A DNA stretch of 62,274 nt, filler included, from Sphacelaria rigidula (lineage: Eukaryota), in the NCBI GenBank assembly GCA_964200075.2. It is 6 parts of 6 records of this genome, joined end to end, with 100 filler letters (N's around TTAATTAATTAA, not from the genome) between each part and the next. Parts side by side here need not be neighbours in the genome. Positions count along the whole stretch, not along the records: positions 20,795 to 31,090 come from CAXNAA020006769.1; positions 31,191 to 41,485 come from CAXNAA020006770.1; 4 more parts are not named here. One strand, written 5' to 3'. Each line of letters opens with the position of its first letter. The first letter of the stretch is position 1. This document shows positions 23,460 through 35,900 of the stretch, piece by piece. The notes beneath the pieces were generated by a model. That model made no database searches. It had not been told where the DNA came from and saw nothing but the letters and a program-made list of their open reading frames with translations. The translations under genes and the position numbers were made by a program.

Positions 23460-26400
23460 GTTTTGGGCTGGCAGTACCTGAGAAATTGTTGTGCCCAAAC
23501 CTGCCCCCCCCAAACTGTTACAGCAATGCGTGATTGACTTGCGTACATGGATTTTTCGAACCACCGGTGTCCTCCCTTGTGAACATAGGTTCCGAAAGAC
23601 CTCCTGGTTGCTCACGCGGAGAAGCGGGTGTTGCAAGGAGCGCTGAACCATGCGGAGGCGAGTACCAAACCATGGATTGATGGGTTGTTTTGATTGACTG
23701 GTGTCGCACATCGAATGGTCCGCTACAAAAAGAGCCGCGGGTCAGTCGTGAGACGAATGAAATCAGTGTAGACGAACAGAACAATCGCGGAGGTAACTCG
23801 AGAGAGGGGAAATATATGGAAGAATAAGAAAGATGCCAAGGACAGTGAAGTGAGAGACCAGGGATGAAGACAGAAAATGACAAAGGCCACACCTCCGCCG
23901 CATGGCTTCCGGTGATGCGCCCGGCAAAAACAGAACCGAACAAGAACACACAAGCGACGTCGTGAAAATAATTGCGACTTCGCTATTTTGGACGATACTT
24001 CTTGGGCAGGAAGGCTTACTCACGACCTCTGCGGGAGTGAGGTATCATCACTATGCGGCATTGAAAGTAAAACATGACCGGGTATGAATCTCCGCCGTGA
24101 GATACTGTCTCAGCCTTGAAGTTTCTCGACGGCGACTATGCTAGTGGGGCTGAACCCTTGGTAGCAAGACAGGCGGATCTCATTGGAGATCGCTTGAGGC
24201 ACAGGGCAGTTGGCGCTGCAGAGTCTTGCCTTTTGTTGAGAGGCTCGAGGCTGAAGATGTTATCAGAAGAGTGTTGACGCTGAAGAACGCCCGTGTCACG
24301 TTCTCTCGTTACGACGGCAGATGCACAGTGTACTATAGCAAGACATGCTGAAGCGTTTGCCAAAAGCAGTACGTACACGCTTGTCATATCTTCGGTGTGT
24401 GGAGGTTTTCGGCGGATGCGAATCTTGATTGCGATCGTGATGTTCGCCAGTGGGTTCGACCGGACCTAGCTTGGACTTGGATGCGGACACCGAATTCAGG
24501 GAAGCCTCAGCGGGTTGTGCGACGATGTTTTTGTGGTTTCTGGGATTCATGCGCGCGTTGCGGTGACGTGCACAGATCTCGATGACCTCGCAGCCCTAAT
24601 GATTCTCGTCTACTGTGCCTGAGTATCCGTACAATGGAGTCGACCCTCAAGCGGGTATTCCTCGGCAGACCTCTGTCTTTGATCACAACTGAGTACTCGG
24701 TTTGCATAAAGCGATCGAAAATGCGGAAATGGCGGGTGACCACCTCCACACGAAGAAGGACATTTGAATATGAGGAAAAACCTAGATTCACATATTGCCC
24801 ATCGTCCCCATCTCCCCCATCACTACCGTCGCACCCCTCGCTGGTTCACCTCTCTCTTCCCCTCGCTCCGAATCCGATACCTGTTTGACGGCAACAATAC
24901 ATTCGGTACACATCCATCGCGCTAGGCGTCGGCAGAGGCGGAGATCCGCCGTCGCGACGCTGACATCCGCAGCTTTGCCTCAGCGGCCGCTATCGAGCAA
25001 GAGCGATACGGCCAACGCCTGCGAGAACAAGCCCTTACGATTCACCAGCTAACATTGCAAAACTTCTCGGCGGAGGCGCAAGCCACGGCCGCGGCTGCGA
25101 TCGGTGCGGCGCCGGTTGCAACGGCGGTGGGTGCTACTACGATGCCTACGGCAGGCGGGTGCGTGAGGAAGTCGACGTTGGCGACGGTGGGCGCGGAGGG
25201 TCGCGGGGGCGGGTGGGACGCCCCGGACACGAGCTACGGACGACATCGGGATAAGGGCACCGCCGATGTTGCCGGCCGTCTTGCCCTCCGCACCGGGGAT
25301 CTCTACATAGATGACGATCGAGGGAACCGCCAGAGAACAGTGAGCGGCCACGAAGATCATGCCTGTCGACCTCTGACCGCCGCTAGTGGGTCTGCTTGCA
25401 TCGCTAGTGACAGTGGTATCGGTGGCCACAAACCAAGGCTGGGTCGGGCCCATCATTCCGTGGATTCGGGGTTTCCAGGGTCGTTGCCATTGGTTGCTTC
25501 GCCCACCAGTTTAGTAACAAAGGGCTTAGAGCGGGAAGGACAACGTTCTGCTGGCTTTAGGCGATGCCTCAATAGACCGGCGGTACAAGGACAAATTGGG
25601 GGGGAAAGTGTAGTAGGGGTTGGTCGAGCAGCTTCCTCGAGGCCGGGTTCGAGGTCTGGGAGCGGGGGTGGAGATAGTGTGAGTATTTCAAGTAGTTATG
25701 GCAGGGACGCCGGGGACGGAGTTTTTGGCGAGGATTACTCTCACATGCGGTAGCGGTAGTGGGACGGTGGTGGACAGAAGAATAATGTGGCACGCAGTTT
25801 TTGTGAACCCCTGATGTAAAGTTACACAGTAGGTGGCAAGCGGCAGCATTTCGCCAACAACCAATACTGCCCACCAAGACGAGAGTATGGGTCGTGTGTA
25901 TCTACATCACGGTCGTTTGTGGTACTGAGCCCCGATGTGACGGTCAATAAAGCACTATCCAATATTTTGGAATTCTTTCCTCGTGTGCGTCATTTCTTGG
26001 ATTTGTGCCTTCTTCGATATCTGGGGGCCACTGCCGAAGCTACCATGTCTTCGCCCGGCCAGTGATTATGCAGGAAACACGTTGACAAGGCACCTGCTAA
26101 AATACAGGCACCTGCTAAAAAGAAAGCATCATGCCTCGGCCTGGCTGTTTGCCAGAGTTGGAGCTCCGAACGATCAGTCCTTTGGTTCCATTTTTCCCGC
26201 GGTGAACAGGCAACCAAGCATTCTTGGTCTTAAATCGCTACAAGAGTCTCACACTGAAGACGTGGTAAAAAGCGCCCTGAGAAAGATCAGCAAGGTTGTT
26301 TGAATATGGAGTTCCTTGCCTTGCTGTCGCTTAGTCTGGTAGCCGCTGAACAGACACGGCCCAATTCCAGTAATATGTGAAGAAAATCTGCCTTGATTTT

Positions 26401-28314
26401 CAGTGGGAACACGCTCATTGTCGGGCATTGTAATGGTACACGGAGCGGATACCTGAGATTAACTAATTCGGTCAGATTCATGAAGAAGAATATTGGCGAT
26501 AATCCACAGCATGGCTTGATATTTTGCGAGTATGGGTAACACTTTCGAGAAAACTCTTAGGCCGTAGACACCTACAACTCCGTTTCTCGGTCTTCTCAGA
26601 CATTAAGTAACTGATATTTTGTTTTACTTAGACCGTCGCGAGGACCTCGCGCACCGCGAGTCCACCGTTGTTTTGATTGACGGCGCAGCACATTGACGAA
26701 GTTTGACCGCATAAGCGTTGCTTTGAGCAAACACCGGAGAGCGGGGCTCACTGGTGAGTACACTAAACACAGGTACCACACTGCATTGCAACAGTAGGTG
26801 CTCCCTTGCTTCGTCACGCGAAGTATGCATCCTGACCTTTCGAATACCTACATGTACCACGCAAAAACGGTGCTTTGAATGGAGATGAGTATAAACAGCT
26901 GTACATGTTTACGCCGTGAGCCATACTTTTCAGAATACTCACCGGTAACGCTTTATTTGACGGTTCCAAACGGAGTGGTAATGCCATACGACGCGAATTA
27001 ATGGTGGCAAATGACGTTCCTTCTTTTGACCGCACCACTTCTGGCAGAGACGGGGAAACCAAAACATGGCGGCAATTTACATGTTTACTCCGTGAGTCAT
27101 ATTTCCTTTGAGGCCCTTAGGACTGAAAAGGCTTCTACTGAACCGAAATTAAAAAAGTGCCCGTCCGTCCGTCCTCCTGTCCGGGCCTCATTTTGAAGCT
27201 CCGAACCAGGCACTTCGTTTTCCCGAATCGATTCGAAGCTGCGCTGCGCGCAAAATCCATCCCACCGCTCTCTTAACGTCAATCAAGATGCCCTCAACAA
27301 CTGTCAGCTTTATTGGTGCTCATGGCGTTGTGTTTCGCTTCTGTCTCGGGGCGCACGCATGTACACCCCCATTTCGATCCCTTTTGACCAGAGCGAGTCT
27401 TAATTAAACTTCTCATACTTGACTGTCGCACCTTCAAACGAAGTACGTTTGGAGGTGGGAGGCATCACACGCAGCAACCGGCTCTCCGAATCACTTAAAC
27501 ACCCTCCAGAAGGTGGAGCTTCATTGCTGCTTTCTCCGTTGTCTTCGCTTGTGCGTGGCGACGCCGTCCGTAGCTGAGGTGGAGGGGGTGTTTAAGTACG
27601 TGATCGACGTCCACCCCCTTGCACCGACCCGATCATTCTGGGGACGTCTCAACAACGAGTTATCGGCCATCGGACACGCGATTGATCTGAACTAATCTCG
27701 GTTTACATGTCGACAAACGTCGAGCGTGCGGATTCCCCCCATCGAAGAGTAGGAGGTCGGTAGTGCTTTTCACTCTTCGCTTCCTACGCTACTACGAGCG
27801 AACTCAAATCTGGTCGTCACGTCGTAAAGGTTTGTCAGGAGAGCGGACAGGTCGGATAACAAATGTGGAGCGACGACAATATCGGGAAGGTGAGCCTGGC
27901 TTAAGTCGAAATCCGCAAGGAGTTCGCATTAACTATGGCCATCGCTGTCTGTGCTCGTCTCTCTCCTGTCTTTCCTGACTCGCCTCTTCTCAGTATGCAG
28001 CCAAGAGTTCGTGTAATGTGTACTGAGAGTGGTGCATATTTTACGACGGCAACCCAAGGCAAGGCGTGTGGGGTCTGCTGTTGTTGCTGTGTCCTACTGT
28101 GTGCTGCTGTCTCTACCTTCCTCTCTCTTTCCTGGCTTTCCTCTTCTAAGCCTATAGCCACGTGTGTGTATTGTATGCTGAGTGTCCTCTCCCACTGGAC
28201 AGTGTGTGTGTCCATTACGAACACCAAGGAGAAGCCGGAGGTGCTTTGTTGAGAGCAGTGAACGATAATATACTTCTGTACCGTCTTACTGTACTGCATT
28301 GTCTGTAGGTTCCC

Positions 28315-28568
28315 AGGGTCGGACGAACTGATGATTCGTCTGGAAGGAACTTGATTTTAGTGTCATTGATTTGTACCCGAACGAATCCGTAGACTTCGTT
28401 TTTAGCGTTGAAAGCCAGGTACGCGCAGCCCAGGCACGTGGAATGGTGGCAAAAGTTGCATGGAGACCTGTTTGACCAGCTATCGACGTTTCTCTCTCTT
28501 TCGAGCAATCGGGCCTAAGAAATCGTGGATTTGGCTATTCGAACCGACCATGGTTCATCCGAACCGTG
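28315..28568 (-). repeat. Dispersed repeat family A copy (reverse)
   Basis: AGGGTCGGACGAA...GCGCAGCCCAGGCACGTGG...GGATTTGGCTATTCGAACCG is the reverse complement of 17016-17264. Confidence 0.85.
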
Positions 28569-28994
28569 GTAGGTTCTATCTAAATTATCATGACAGCCTA
28601 AGTGACAGCTGTTTTGTTCCTTCCTTCGTCGACCGGAGCAATAGTGTATATCCGATTATGCATAGTCGGATCCGTACTTGACTGCAATCTGGCTGGCTAC
28701 AAGTTGCATGTGATAAAAATTCGTCCCGATCCACAACCCTCACATCCCGCTACGCTCTGATCCTCCACTATGCTCCTCTTTTGAAAAATGAATATTCATA
28801 CTTTTCAAAGTATGAATTTCATCCCGATTCTCGTCAGTTCCGTAAGATTTGTGAAGACTCTCATACCCTACCGAACACATCCTAACCCTACGAAAAAAAC
28901 AGCGTTCTTGTCAGGGCTGTTAACAATCAGCTCTGTTCAGTTCGGTCGAAACTCGCCGCGCCATTTGCCAGTACATCAATGTTTTTCCAGTTAG

Positions 28995-30040
28995 TCGCCC
29001 CTCCCGGCTCGTGGGGGGTGCCGCGCAGGAGCGCCGCCCGAGGCAGAAGGAAACGCGGTATTTGAGCTATTTTCCCTGCAAAGATCGTAAATAGTTGTGA
29101 AAAATGTAATCACTCACATTGAGCTGTGTTTGTAGCTTCGTGACCCCGTGAGAGGATGGGGTGCAGACTCGACTCAGATAGCCGATCAATGGACATGACT
29201 GCGATAGTCGATCAATGGACACGGCTGACTGCCGATCAAGATGAGGTAGAAATGTATATAAAGCTTTGTTGATGAAGAGGGAAGGAAGGGGAGTGGGCCC
29301 ACTAGGCGCCAAAGTCTCAGGATGTGACAAGCACCACTCACGTATGTCTAGTCGCCAACATCACAATATAAAGTCATCCTGCATAGTACCCGGAACTCAA
29401 AACAGGTATGCCACTAGACCATTGTACCTTATCCCGACTTGGTGTATCTTACTGAACACCGCAGGCCATCCTACGAACAAGCTGCTGAGAGGCTTGTCAT
29501 GCTCGAAAAGGTCTTCGAACGTGGTAAGCAATTCGAAAAACATCAATCTGTAGTATGCAGCAGCAGAGACTCTCCATGAGGACCTGAAGATAGGAACAAG
29601 TATGCCAAGGCTGGCGGTACCTTGGGACGAAGAGCACAAATTATCACCGGGCTCGTTGACTACGATGCTTGCGTATTTCGTGATCCCCGGTGACAGTTAT
29701 TTTTTTCGGATTAGGTACATATCTGTACTATATCTTCAGAACGCTCTTCATGCAATTGGCAATTCGGGTTTCCCGTTCGACACTTCCGCATCAAGCGTCC
29801 CACCGTAATTAAGTCACACTTCTTTATTTCGTTTTCCTCATTCGACGGACCAACCATCGATCGACCCGCTGTCGTCGATACATGAAAATTCCAGAACAAC
29901 TAGGTACCAACGAAGTTTGTGATACTTGTACTGCTGTAGACTGCAGACTTCAGTCGTAGTCTAATTCTACGAAGTGTTTCTTGGTTATAAAATCCCCATA
30001 ATCAAAATAGTATTAAAACACTCAGTAACAACAACTAACT
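28995..30040 (+). repeat. Long diverged repeat family C (second copy ~39834-41310)
   Basis: Colinear shared blocks GGAGCGCCG...CTCACATTGAG, ATGCAGCAGC...GCCAAGGCTGGC and TACTTGTACTGCTGT...GTTATA.AATC. Confidence 0.65.
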
Positions 30041-30286
30041 GGCACGGTTGTCTGCAACATAGAAGTTACGTGCCGATTCGCTCATTCCGCCGCTCGTTAC
30101 GTTCGAAAAGCTAGCTTATCTGTTTTTGACCATGCTCGTCGCGCGCAACTAATGAAAAAATGGACTTGAAACGATCTGAGAACATAAATGCCGTGGACGT
30201 ATCTGATTCGGCATCGTAGTGACCAATTCGATTCCATCGCATGTTTTCGAGTGGATTTGTTTTTATAAGATACTGCCAGATAAAAA

Positions 30287-31027
30287 TCTGATGCCACGGC
30301 ATCGATTTGTTTCACCTACTCCATAGGTCATCCACCCGAAGAGAGGTAGCACGTACTCGTGATGTCCACGTGATATGTCTTCCTCTTCACGGCCCCTCAA
30401 AATAATAAATTGCCGTGTCACCGCCTTGTTTGTTGGTGCCCCATAGCATGCACAGTGATGTCGAGTCGGCGGCTCGCCGGGTTCACGATAGCGCGGACCG
30501 ACGAGCGAGGCGGATCGATGTATCAAGACGTCGTAGGTATGTGCTTTGAAAGTAGGTCAGGTGTAGCGTTTTCGATCCTAATAATATACTACCCAGGAGG
30601 CCACTGCGCAACCGCACTAATCGGTCCTTATCAGAGGCGCCGCGAGGAGGATTGTCAATCTGGATCATGTATTATACTCTTTTTCAAGTATAATTGATGC
30701 CGACTCAAGAGATGACCTACTCCCGCCGTAGAAGTGTTCAGACTCGTTTGGTTGGAAAAACAGTGTTTACTTGGCTGAGATCAGAGAGTACCGCCTCCTT
30801 TTTTCATGATGAAAAGAGGCAGTACGTAATTCGTGATGCGCGGGCAAGATGTTTCCCTGCTCATAACCTCTGATGATAATCTGATGTCACGGCATCGATT
30901 TGTTTCGTACTGCTCCACAAGTCAGTATTTCACCCGAAGAGAGAGGCAGCACGTACTTGTGATGTTCACGTAAGATGTCTTCCTCTTCATGGCTCCTAAA
31001 TATAATACAATGCCATGGCACCGCTTT
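30287..31027 (+). repeat. Pair of ~145-bp direct repeats (30287-30427 and 30880-31027)
   Basis: TCTGATG.CACGGCATCGATTTGTTTC...CACCCGAAGAGAG...AGCACGTACT.GTGATGT...ATGTCTTCCTCTTCA in both. Confidence 0.85.
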
Positions 31028-31090
31028 AAACAGCCGATCATCTATGTTGAGGATGGTGCTTTTCATTGAGGATGAGAACCCGGAGGATTA

Positions 31091-31190
31091 NNNNNNNNNN
31101 NNNNNNNNNNNNNNNNNNNNNNNNNNNNNNNNNNTTAATTAATTAANNNNNNNNNNNNNNNNNNNNNNNNNNNNNNNNNNNNNNNNNNNN
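31091..31190. other. Artificial 100-bp contig linker
   Basis: N run with TTAATTAATTAA. Confidence 0.98.
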
Positions 31191-31194
31191 CTCA

Positions 31195-31243
31195 ACCATC
31201 AGAAGGTTACGAGGTTACCAACTGAGCCACCGGGGCGACCGGC
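31195..31243 (-). mobile_element. 5' head of SINE family 1, cut by the contig end
   Basis: Reverse complement CCGGTCGCCCCGGTGGCTCAGTTGGTAACCTCGTAACCTTCTGATGGTT matches 50770-50818. Confidence 0.8.
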
Positions 31244-32983
31244 TCTGCACGAGTAGAGCAAGTCATTCCCGGGTGTCAACATTTGCCTAGCCCTTTTTCC
31301 GGCGGAAAAAAGACGGAAAAGAGCCCGGGACCCATGCATGAGGACAATTGTGTATTGAGGTAAATCTGTCGCGCGAAAAGCGATTGAATATGCCCGAGCG
31401 TTCAACATTGGCACCCGGCAAACACTGAGGACCCGTTTGAAATCAGGCGAAAAACTAAAACATGGGACGTGTCTTGTTTCACTGTACTGCAACACAAACA
31501 CACTCACGTCCGCTCCCATATGTGCTGCAGCTATCATTTCTCTGGGGTGTTTTTGGACCTTGCGTAGACGGTTTGGTCTCCGGTGAGATTGCTCGAGGTG
31601 CTGCATGGTTGTGTTTGTCTCTATGTCAAATATAGTATCAGTCGGGACGCAGTGCGGTCTACACACTTGACTGATGTTGACAACTTAATGTTCTCTGAAC
31701 CCATCATTTGCGATACCGAACATGGCTGGGTAAAGACACACAACCAGCGCCGGTATACACCGCTCGACCGGCTCGGCCAGACCCCGTGCTCCGATGAAAG
31801 GAGTAGCGCACAGCACAGTACGAATACTGCACCGCCAGAGTACTGCTTGCACCCGTCAGCATGGCGGCTGCTGCTGCCGGTATCGGCGCCAGCGCTCGCG
31901 GCCACGGGAAGATTTAACCAGCCACAGTGAGATGGGGATATACCGATACTGTACGCGATCATCGCAATAACCCACCGCGGCGGCAATGTACCTCTCACTC
32001 GCTGTTTGCTTGTCTGCCTGCAGCTTCGTTCTGCCGCTGCTGCTCTGTCCGTCCCGGCGTACACTGCAAATGTGACTTGAATCTTCGAGCAAATCATGAG
32101 CATTTCCCACTATATATTTCACTACGAAGGTCGCATTTCATTGACGCTAGATCCGACCGATATCTCACTGAAGGGTCTCGTAGTGGCTGGATTTCACGTT
32201 TCGCTTGAATAATCTATCCTCATGTATCGAAGTTGTGCCCGGAAAAGGGCCCGAAAGGTAGTTTCCAACAGGATTTTGTTTCCCAAAATCCGTGAGATCT
32301 GGTCTAATCGTGATATACATTCACTTGTAAGAGTGTCCGTCTTTCATCCTACTATGGAGTGTTTCGCTTGTATCGCGTTTTGTGAGTTTCAATCTGGGTC
32401 TATTTAGTTTTTTTTTTTGCTAGCCTCTGACTACGGAAGGCATCCCAACGAGATGCCCAGTACGAATGTACCGCGCAGATATCGGAACGGTTCTTAATGT
32501 GAAGACAACAACAATGGAGCCAAGCTCATCCCCTGCTCCAGTTGCTTGAAAGAGTTGGCCTAGTTCATGATGGATCTATTGATATTCACAAGAGTACACC
32601 TATCCTACCTTCGTCGTGACTTACCCTTACCGAGGTCGCGGAAGAGGGTTCAAGTACTACTTTCGAACTCGTACCGGGTTGCATCCACGATGAGGTGTCT
32701 CGCCGTCTCGGCCAATCAGACGTTCGTATTTTAGATGAAGTATGTTGCCGCTCGAGCCTTCTCTGAAAGTGCTCAGGTATTATTCGACGTGACCACTTCC
32801 TTGAGGTCGAAAACCTGAAGCGTGTTTTTTGTTCGTTCGCGGTGCCCCGTCTGTCTCCCCCCCGTCTGTCTGCCCATGGTGGGCAGTAAATAAACGTCTA
32901 TGCATCACGTCAACACGGATCATTTACTTCATTTATTTCTCCCCTTTTTTTTGTGCCTGTTTTTGTGCCTGTTTTTCTGCCAG

Positions 32984-35900
32984 GATGCGGTGGAATGTAC
33001 GCCGTCCTCAGAATTAGAGGGCATGTTGGTCATGCTTCACGAGAAGAGGAAAAACCAAGGCACAGCAGGCATGGCAGGTATAGCCGCTGGCGATGTTGAC
33101 GGTGCTACTGCTGCCCAAGACGTGGGTCCTACAGGGGGGGAAGGAGAGGTGGGATGTACTCTGTGACTGTAGTAATGACGTTGAATGTTGTGAACGTTTT
33201 TAATCAGCTCATTACTCGACAGTTGAGAGTACGGAAATGTTTCAGTTAATGTCTCGACTCCTGCCCAAAACCGCTGGGCCGGAACTGCGGAAGGCATATG
33301 AGTGATTGAAATGTACCATGTGCATTAACCCCTTTGGGGCTGGGCCTTCAGAACGACCAATGAAGCTGGTTAGGAATGACGTGTCTGACGTCTGCACGAA
33401 ACAGTGGCTTCATGTCGCTAAAATCCGCGTAAGTAACCGCAGGGGAATGAGGAAAATGGAAAATTTTATCCAATTTATTTTCAGGGACAGGGTGGGCATC
33501 AGGTAATGCATATCTCATGTATCAAGCAGTATGGGTCGCCGTAGAGAGCTTTTCAACAGGATGCGGCGACTGGGGGGCCTCTCTCCACTTGTTGCTTTGG
33601 ATTATATTATTGCATCACCTTGCCACACGGCCCCTTGTTCTCCTCGAAGGGTATGAGCGTTGCGGCGCACGCACATAAATTTAATTTAGTACGGTACAGT
33701 ACAGTGTAGTACGCCTCTCCGACTGCAGCAGCAGCTGCCGCTGCATACTCCTTTGCACACTCTAGGTAGCTCTCAGCTACCGAGATCAAGTATCTATGTA
33801 CTGCTTCTTCATCCCCGCTCACCACATACATGCTAACAGTGTTCTGCAAGGCATCGACAAAGGGATAGGCGGAGTTCACGACGATAGCTCCTCTTGTCTT
33901 TCCACGGCCCACCTGGGGTTAGTCCCTCGTGAAAATGACCACATTGTGGCATGTGCACTCCTTCCCGGTTTTCCCCCCTCCACCCTGTGTCGGTGTAATT
34001 ACTACGGTTCAGCATAAGCTGGCGACCCCGAAGAACTTCCGAGAACGCTATACTAAAAGCAAGTAATACGAGAAGCTATTCCCCGCCCATCCGGGATTTG
34101 CATACCTGGGAAGACTTGCCTGGGCCAGGGATAGGGCCCCAACACGACCTTTGCAGTGACATAAAACCCGGTAACAGTCCCCGCGCGGATCGATTGGGCC
34201 TGGTCGATGAATTTCGTCTCGCCGTGATTGGGCAGGTCGCTATCTGACTTATCAAATTTACTTTTGACGTAAAAAGTTTTGGCGCTCCATACACAAACCA
34301 GTACGTTTGTGTCCGCTTTGTTTCCATACTTTGTACAAATCATCAATGATCCTTTTCGGAACAATGGTTCACACTCGACGCTCCTGTGCCCGATGCCCTC
34401 TTCCTGTCCGTGCTATTCCTTTTACATTGTTTCACCTACCAAAATATGGAGCACCACCTTCCCATCGCCACACGGTAAAACATCCTCGCCCACGACTCTT
34501 TTGGGGGATTCTCTTGTGGGGAGGGGCGCAACGGGGGGGGAGAGCAGAAAAAACAAACCCGAGCCATGCGAGAAAACGAACCCCTTCGTAACTTTTGTAC
34601 GCAAGGTGTTCATGTTTCAGGACTTCCAAATTAAACGCACGGCTACATCGCACATGCGAGACGGCAGACTACTCGTGACTTGCGAAAGGAACACGATATT
34701 GTGTGAAGCCCAACAGGGCAGGGGGGCAACAAGGGGAAAGGCACAAAGAACAAACCCCCTTTTTCCTTGGGAGAAAGGCAAGCCCGCGCCATGCGAACAA
34801 GTGGTTAGGAGTTGCCGCGAGCCTTTGGGTAATCGGCACACGAACTCGCTTGCGAAACTCGCTTGTGAAACTTGCCTGGGCGGAAAGTGTTGGGTTGGGT
34901 TTCCTCCTTTCGCCAAATATGAAAAAACCCAACTAAAATCAAGTGCATATAAGGAACGAATACGTGGTCCATGATCAGTAAGTTGTCATCGAACAGCCCG
35001 GACACTTTTCGAAGGCCAACACCCCTCCACTCGTTAGCATCCCTAACGGCGAGGCTTTCTTTTTTTTTCGTGATGGTTACGGTTAGCCGCGAGAATGGAA
35101 GTCCCTACCCTCCCATATTGATAAATTGGTTGACGCCAGGGTCATTGCCTTGTTTTTCGCCATGTTGTTTGAAACCTACACGCACCCCAGACCGGCCGCG
35201 TGGATACGTGCGGCATTGCTGCCACGTGCGTCAGCCGTGGCGTACCACTTTTTTAATTATTATTTCACCGACACATGGTCAACCCCGTGTGAATGGGGAA
35301 TCAATCCAAGAAGGGTTATTGGGTTTGTCTCATTCCGGTATACTTGTTCCGGCTCAAAAGTAATGAAAATAAATTGAGTTGCTGGACACTTGGTATATTG
35401 AAGTGTTTTCGGATGTAGAGAAGCTTGCGATCGGATGGGTTGCGCTCTGTGACATTCGAGGGTCCTGCAGCCCACACAAAGATTGGCTCCCATGATGGAT
35501 GGGTATAGTTGGTGGTGCCAAGTGCAGATTGTTGCGCATAACGAGCACTTGCACAAATTATGGAAGGCGGCCATGCCGTACGTGAGAGAACGTGGGACGG
35601 TCGATTTACGAAAGCATATGTTGAGGGATGTCTAAGCAGCAGGATATCCGAGTCTCGAGTCATTGCCACCGGAATGGCATCACTGGCGACAGCTGTCATG
35701 TCTATAATCACGATGTAATAAATACCTTGCAAACTTTCGTACTTGAATCAAAATCTTACGTGCCAGGGAGAACCGGCGGCGGAGGCTGCGAAGGAAGCGA
35801 CAAAGGTCCAGCGCATGCTTAGCTCGGCGGGTCTCGGCCTGCGTTCACCAACAGTAGCGGTACCAAGCCCAACCAAATCTGATATTGTCGAAGCCGCCGA

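Larger units (their letters stand above)
21060..24790 (-). pseudogene. Unassigned decayed multi-exon coding remnants (possibly transposon-derived)
   Basis: Exon-like minus-strand blocks with splice signals, stops and frameshifts, e.g. HAVTCLMLGCGG...DHFCLPFY...LTAPRPPGTCQFYALTTL (21657-21220), DLAAAAAPPPWLPADSSFG (~22770-22630) and a poly-Asp block (~23480-23330). Confidence 0.3.

Noticed and set aside
23260-23548. Poly-Met, poly-Ile and poly-Ser ORFs
   Set aside because: They are alternative readings of the (TCA)n microsatellite.
25055-25753. 232-aa plus-strand ORF as a gene
   Set aside because: Low-complexity GC-rich shadow frame with a non-ATG start and no domain signal.
19030-27700. One continuous minus-strand pseudogene across contigs 2 and 3
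   Set aside because: It crosses an artificial linker between length-sorted contigs, so the two parts are reported separately.
29124-29329. Solo LTR interrupting repeat family C
   Set aside because: It has TG...CA ends but no matching TSD and no second copy in the window.
34279-34974. 231-aa plus-strand ORF as a gene
   Set aside because: No recognisable motif, non-ATG start, overlapping ORFs in several frames, and it lies within a probable intron.
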